This document shows, piece after piece, positions 60,546 through 64,000 of a stretch of 64,000 nt of DNA. Position 1 is the stretch's first letter, and each line of letters begins with the position of its first letter. This DNA comes from Mobula hypostoma. Its lineage: Eukaryota. The DNA lies in NCBI RefSeq assembly GCF_963921235.1, contig NC_086097.1:146198001-146262000 (forward strand). Direction: 5' to 3'. The notes beneath the pieces were generated by a model that was not told where the DNA came from, made no database searches, and was given only the letters and a program-made list of their open reading frames with translations. Position numbers and translations under genes: made by a program.

Positions 60546-61263
60546 GCCAGAACTTTAGGCAATGAAAGTCGAAGGAATTGTAAAATTTGTGGGATGAAAA
60601 ACAATTACATTTTCCAGTTAATGACCTTTCAAAATAGACCGATGAAACATTAATTTTATTTCTCTTGCAACAGAAAGCTATCTGGCCATATGGCATTTTC
60701 ACTTTCTCAGAATCTGTTTTTTGTTTATTTACAGTGAAGATACTGATCCACAGCTCCTGAAATTTATTATCGTCTGCTATTTGCCAAGAAAAAGTAGTGA
60801 CAGAAGTCAGTTGTTTAGTTAACCCCTTTAGAGATTAATTAACAGTCAGCCATTTTGGTATGCATGTCGTTTCATGTTCAGCACAGACCATTTCATGTGA
60901 AGGGAGGTATATTTGTACCCTTGAGGTTACTTGTGCACATGGTGGGTTTTTAACACTTTGTGGTCACTTTTTCTGATAACAGTTTTTTACTTCACGACTT
61001 GACATTAAATACAAATCGTCATGGTGGGCTATGAACTCATCTTCATTATCAATCCTGTATTATAAGTAATAGAGGGATCATACAAACTGCACAACCAGAA
61101 TGTGACTGAGGCAAGTTGCTGCAAATTGCTGTCTACATTTCACAAATTCTGTGCCTGATCTCCGAATGCTTGATATACAGTTGAACAGATGGATGAAACA
61201 TTCCAGTATAAAAATAGTGAGATTTCACACAGCTCAATACATACTTTTTCTAATCCATCATAC

Positions 61264-61372
61264 CTGATCACAGTCGGGAATAACTCAGTAGAATAAACAA
61301 AAGTTACTGAGAAGGAGCATGAGATTGACAATTTTGCAAGGACAGCAAGCACCGTGACTTCCAGAGCCATTC
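61264..61372 (-). CDS. SLC22 transporter internal exon (109 nt)
   Basis: GMALEVTVLAVLAKLSISCSFSVTFVYSTELFPTVIR (ELFPT signature); canonical AG/GT; phases match neighbouring exons. Confidence 0.9.
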
Positions 61373-61684
61373 CTGAAACAGCAAGAACAGACACCACAGC
61401 AGGGTTATGCTTGAACACGCTCTGGTTTGCAAGGAATCCATTTTAATTAGTTCTCTAAAAGCTGCGCCTGATATTTTTCTGATATCCCACTTATGGTCAC
61501 TGTGACTGAGAAAGCAAAGTTGCTCCTTTACACTGAAAAAAAGACTGAATTTGAAATGACAAACCTGATAGTGAAAGGAAAGTGAATGTTTTGGATGATA
61601 ACATCACTCACACCCTGAGAAACGTGCGTATTTCAAAATCTGCTTTACTGTTTAGTTTACTCTGGCCCCTGGTCTCCTATTCCA

Positions 61685-61930
61685 AGTTCAAGTTCAAGTT
61701 TAATTGTCAGTCAACCATACAAATGAAATAATGTTCCTCTGGGGCCAAGGTGCAAAACACAGTACCCACAATCACACACAGCACACATCACAAGTATCAC
61801 ATATAATTATGATAGCAGAAAAATATATAGTTACAAAAATATTAAAAATGATAATATAGCCCAAGTCACTGAGTGTCATAGTCTGTAGATTAATGGTGCA
61901 TGGATGTTTTCCTGGAGCCATGTTTCCAAT
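61685..61930 (-). mobile_element. Retroelement 3' tail remnant
   Basis: (TTGAAC)n tail on the - strand (caagttcaagttcaagtttaattg). Confidence 0.45.
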
Positions 61931-63003
61931 CTCCCAGATTTCAGGTTATGTAGTACTAATCTCACTCCCACTTGTGTAGAGTGCATAAAATATTCAGTAT
62001 TATTCTCCCCTCATGGAGCTCAGTAACTTACACTTTCAACCTATACGGATCTCTTTTAATTAGCGAAACCAGTACTTTCTCATGCCACTACCTTAGATTT
62101 GTGCAGTTGGGTTAAAAGCAACTGCAGATGCACTAGATATCAATTAAGAACCATATTTCCTCAATTATTATTTTATATAGAGATTATTTTGAATGTCTTT
62201 GCTAGATTTCACCCACTCTTCTATACATAAATGATTTTAACTCATTTAACATACTAGATACATTACAACTAAATTACTACATACAAGTCTGACCACTGAA
62301 AGAATGTGATGTTACAAGAGGGGGCTTAGAGAAGATTTGCGGATTTTTGACTGAATAAGTTTAGTTACAATAAAAATATATGAAACTGAGGGAAATTGTG
62401 AGAGAACTGGATAGGCCCAAGAGAAAGGAATTATTCCCCAATGTAGAGAGCATAATATCTAGGAGACGCAGACCTAAGTTCACAGAAGGATTAGAAGAGA
62501 AAAGATAATTTCACAAAGGAGTGGCGAAAGATCGCACTCTCTGGAGCAAAAATTTCAATACATTTATAAGCTATCAAATAAGCACCCAAAACCTACAAAT
62601 GGCAAAGCTACAGTCTGAGAGTGAAGAAGCAGGATTGACATTAATAGCCGGCTTTCAGCCAGCATTGAGAGAATGAACCAAGTTATACATTGCTTGGATT
62701 CTATGAGTGCTTCTGTTAGTTTCCAGCCTCGCATTCTATTGTACTCATGATAAATCAATAAAACTATTAAGCTGGATGGTTTCAAAGTCATGGATTACAT
62801 TGCCCAAATAGTCTGGAAACAGAGCCAGTAATACTTTTTTAAAGGAATCAAAGGAAGCAGTTGTGTGACTTTGGGAAAAGACAGAGTGAGTGGAACACGG
62901 TTCATTTCAATAGACAGCAGAGGAATGGTGTAAATGACAGGACCATCCTGGATACATATGATGGGATCCTGACTGCTCCATCACTCATTTACTTCACTCC
63001 TAC

Positions 63004-63215
63004 CTTCCGGAAAAGTCAGTATGAGGAGGCATGTAACACCACCAAGCAACAGGAAACATCCTTGACATTTTTTCCGACCAAATCTCGCCAAGAACCAGAT
63101 GCAAGAAACACGGAGGATTTCCATTAATCCAAAGATGAAGTTTGTTAGGTAAATGTTCTTGCCAAAACTTCCAACACTGAAGCATAATCCATAATACACA
63201 AAGCTGTTTACAGAC
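63004..63215 (-). CDS. SLC22 transporter internal exon (212 nt); gene continues beyond the window
   Basis: SVNSFVYYGLCFSVGSFGKNIYLTNFIFGLMEI...RFGRKK...LLILTFPE (TM7-9, GRK loop); canonical splice sites. Confidence 0.9.
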
Positions 63216-63399
63216 CTGTGATACCAAGAAAGAAATGTGATCATTTTGTAACTTATAGTGATTTTTTAATGTCTTTGTATTGTATTGCTACTGCAATAAA
63301 ACAAATCACATAATATGCAAATCAGCAATGAAATCCTGGATCTGTTTCCTTACTGCAGCTCACTTTCCGTATTGATAAAACTATACACATATATACAAA

Positions 63400-63790
63400 A
63401 ATAACAACATTTTGGTCCCATTGTTTAAGAAAGGATTTTTCTGAACCATTGGAGGCCAGAAGGAATTCACTAGGCTAATTCCTAGGGTGAGAACAATCTC
63501 CTATCATGAATGGTTTGAAAACAAGTTACACTTGTTTGGAGTTTAGAAGAATGAGAGATGAAATTTTTGAAACATCAGAAACTAGGGGGACATGATGACA
63601 GAGTAGATATTGAGATGTTGGATACTTGACATGAAGCAAATGCTATAAGGGGGCAGTCATTTAAAACTTATGTCTAAAGGAATTTCTTGCTACAGAAATT
63701 GATAAAACTCTGGAGTTCTTTGGCTTTGAGAACTCTGAAGGATAGTTCACCGGAGATGGTTAAAAGAGGGGTAGGTAATGTTTTGAATGA
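63400..63790 (+). mobile_element. Degenerate CR1 3' fragment
   Basis: ttttggtccc...ttcactaggctaattcctaggg...ggagtttagaagaatgagag pattern of the CR1 RT C-terminus. Confidence 0.6.
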
Positions 63791-64000
63791 CTATGCCTAC
63801 TTTCTTCTGTGCGTTGACAGTTTTGCACTTTAAAAGGAAGGAATAAGCATTCTTCTTAAGCTGAGGAAGGAAGGGATATGGCAGGTTTCTTGTGACGATA
63901 AGAGGCAGGAGGAAGAAATTGGTCTTCTGCAGTGTGGTGTTACAATGGAGAGGACTAGCCCAGTAATCATATTGGGATTTGGGGGAAAGTTCAGCTTAGC

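Overview
Vertebrate genomic DNA. The repeat landscape (CR1, Penelope-like, Rex1/Babar, L1, Tc1 and Tigger elements) suggests a cartilaginous fish, probably a ray or skate (inference). There are two host genes, tail-to-tail. On + is XIRP1 (Xin actin-binding repeat protein 1): one 7.7-kb coding exon at 32049-39794 with about 26-27 Xin repeats, and a candidate muscle-type promoter and non-coding first exon near 15.6 kb. On - are the last four exons of an SLC22 organic ion transporter (63215 to 54940). Much of the rest is transposon-derived, including an intact full-length CR1 LINE (1249-5433, 8-bp TSD) inserted into a Penelope GIY-YIG remnant and a second, frameshifted CR1 (about 50362-54385). 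Main observations: (1) a decayed LIM-domain (XIRP2/EPLIN-like) exon set around the Xin exon, invisible in the ORF track; (2) a -1 slippery heptamer (U UUA AAC / U UUA AAU) at the ORF1/ORF2 junction of both CR1 subfamilies; (3) a TSD-flanked chimeric insertion that copied about 140 bp of local sequence; (4) a probable premature or readthrough stop 31 codons before the likely ancestral XIRP1 end; (5) multiple decayed minimal hammerhead ribozymes in Penelope pLTRs. No prokaryotic systems or CRISPR arrays were seen. Repeat boundaries are approximate unless a TSD or TIR is cited. Family assignments come from recalled motifs; no database search was run.
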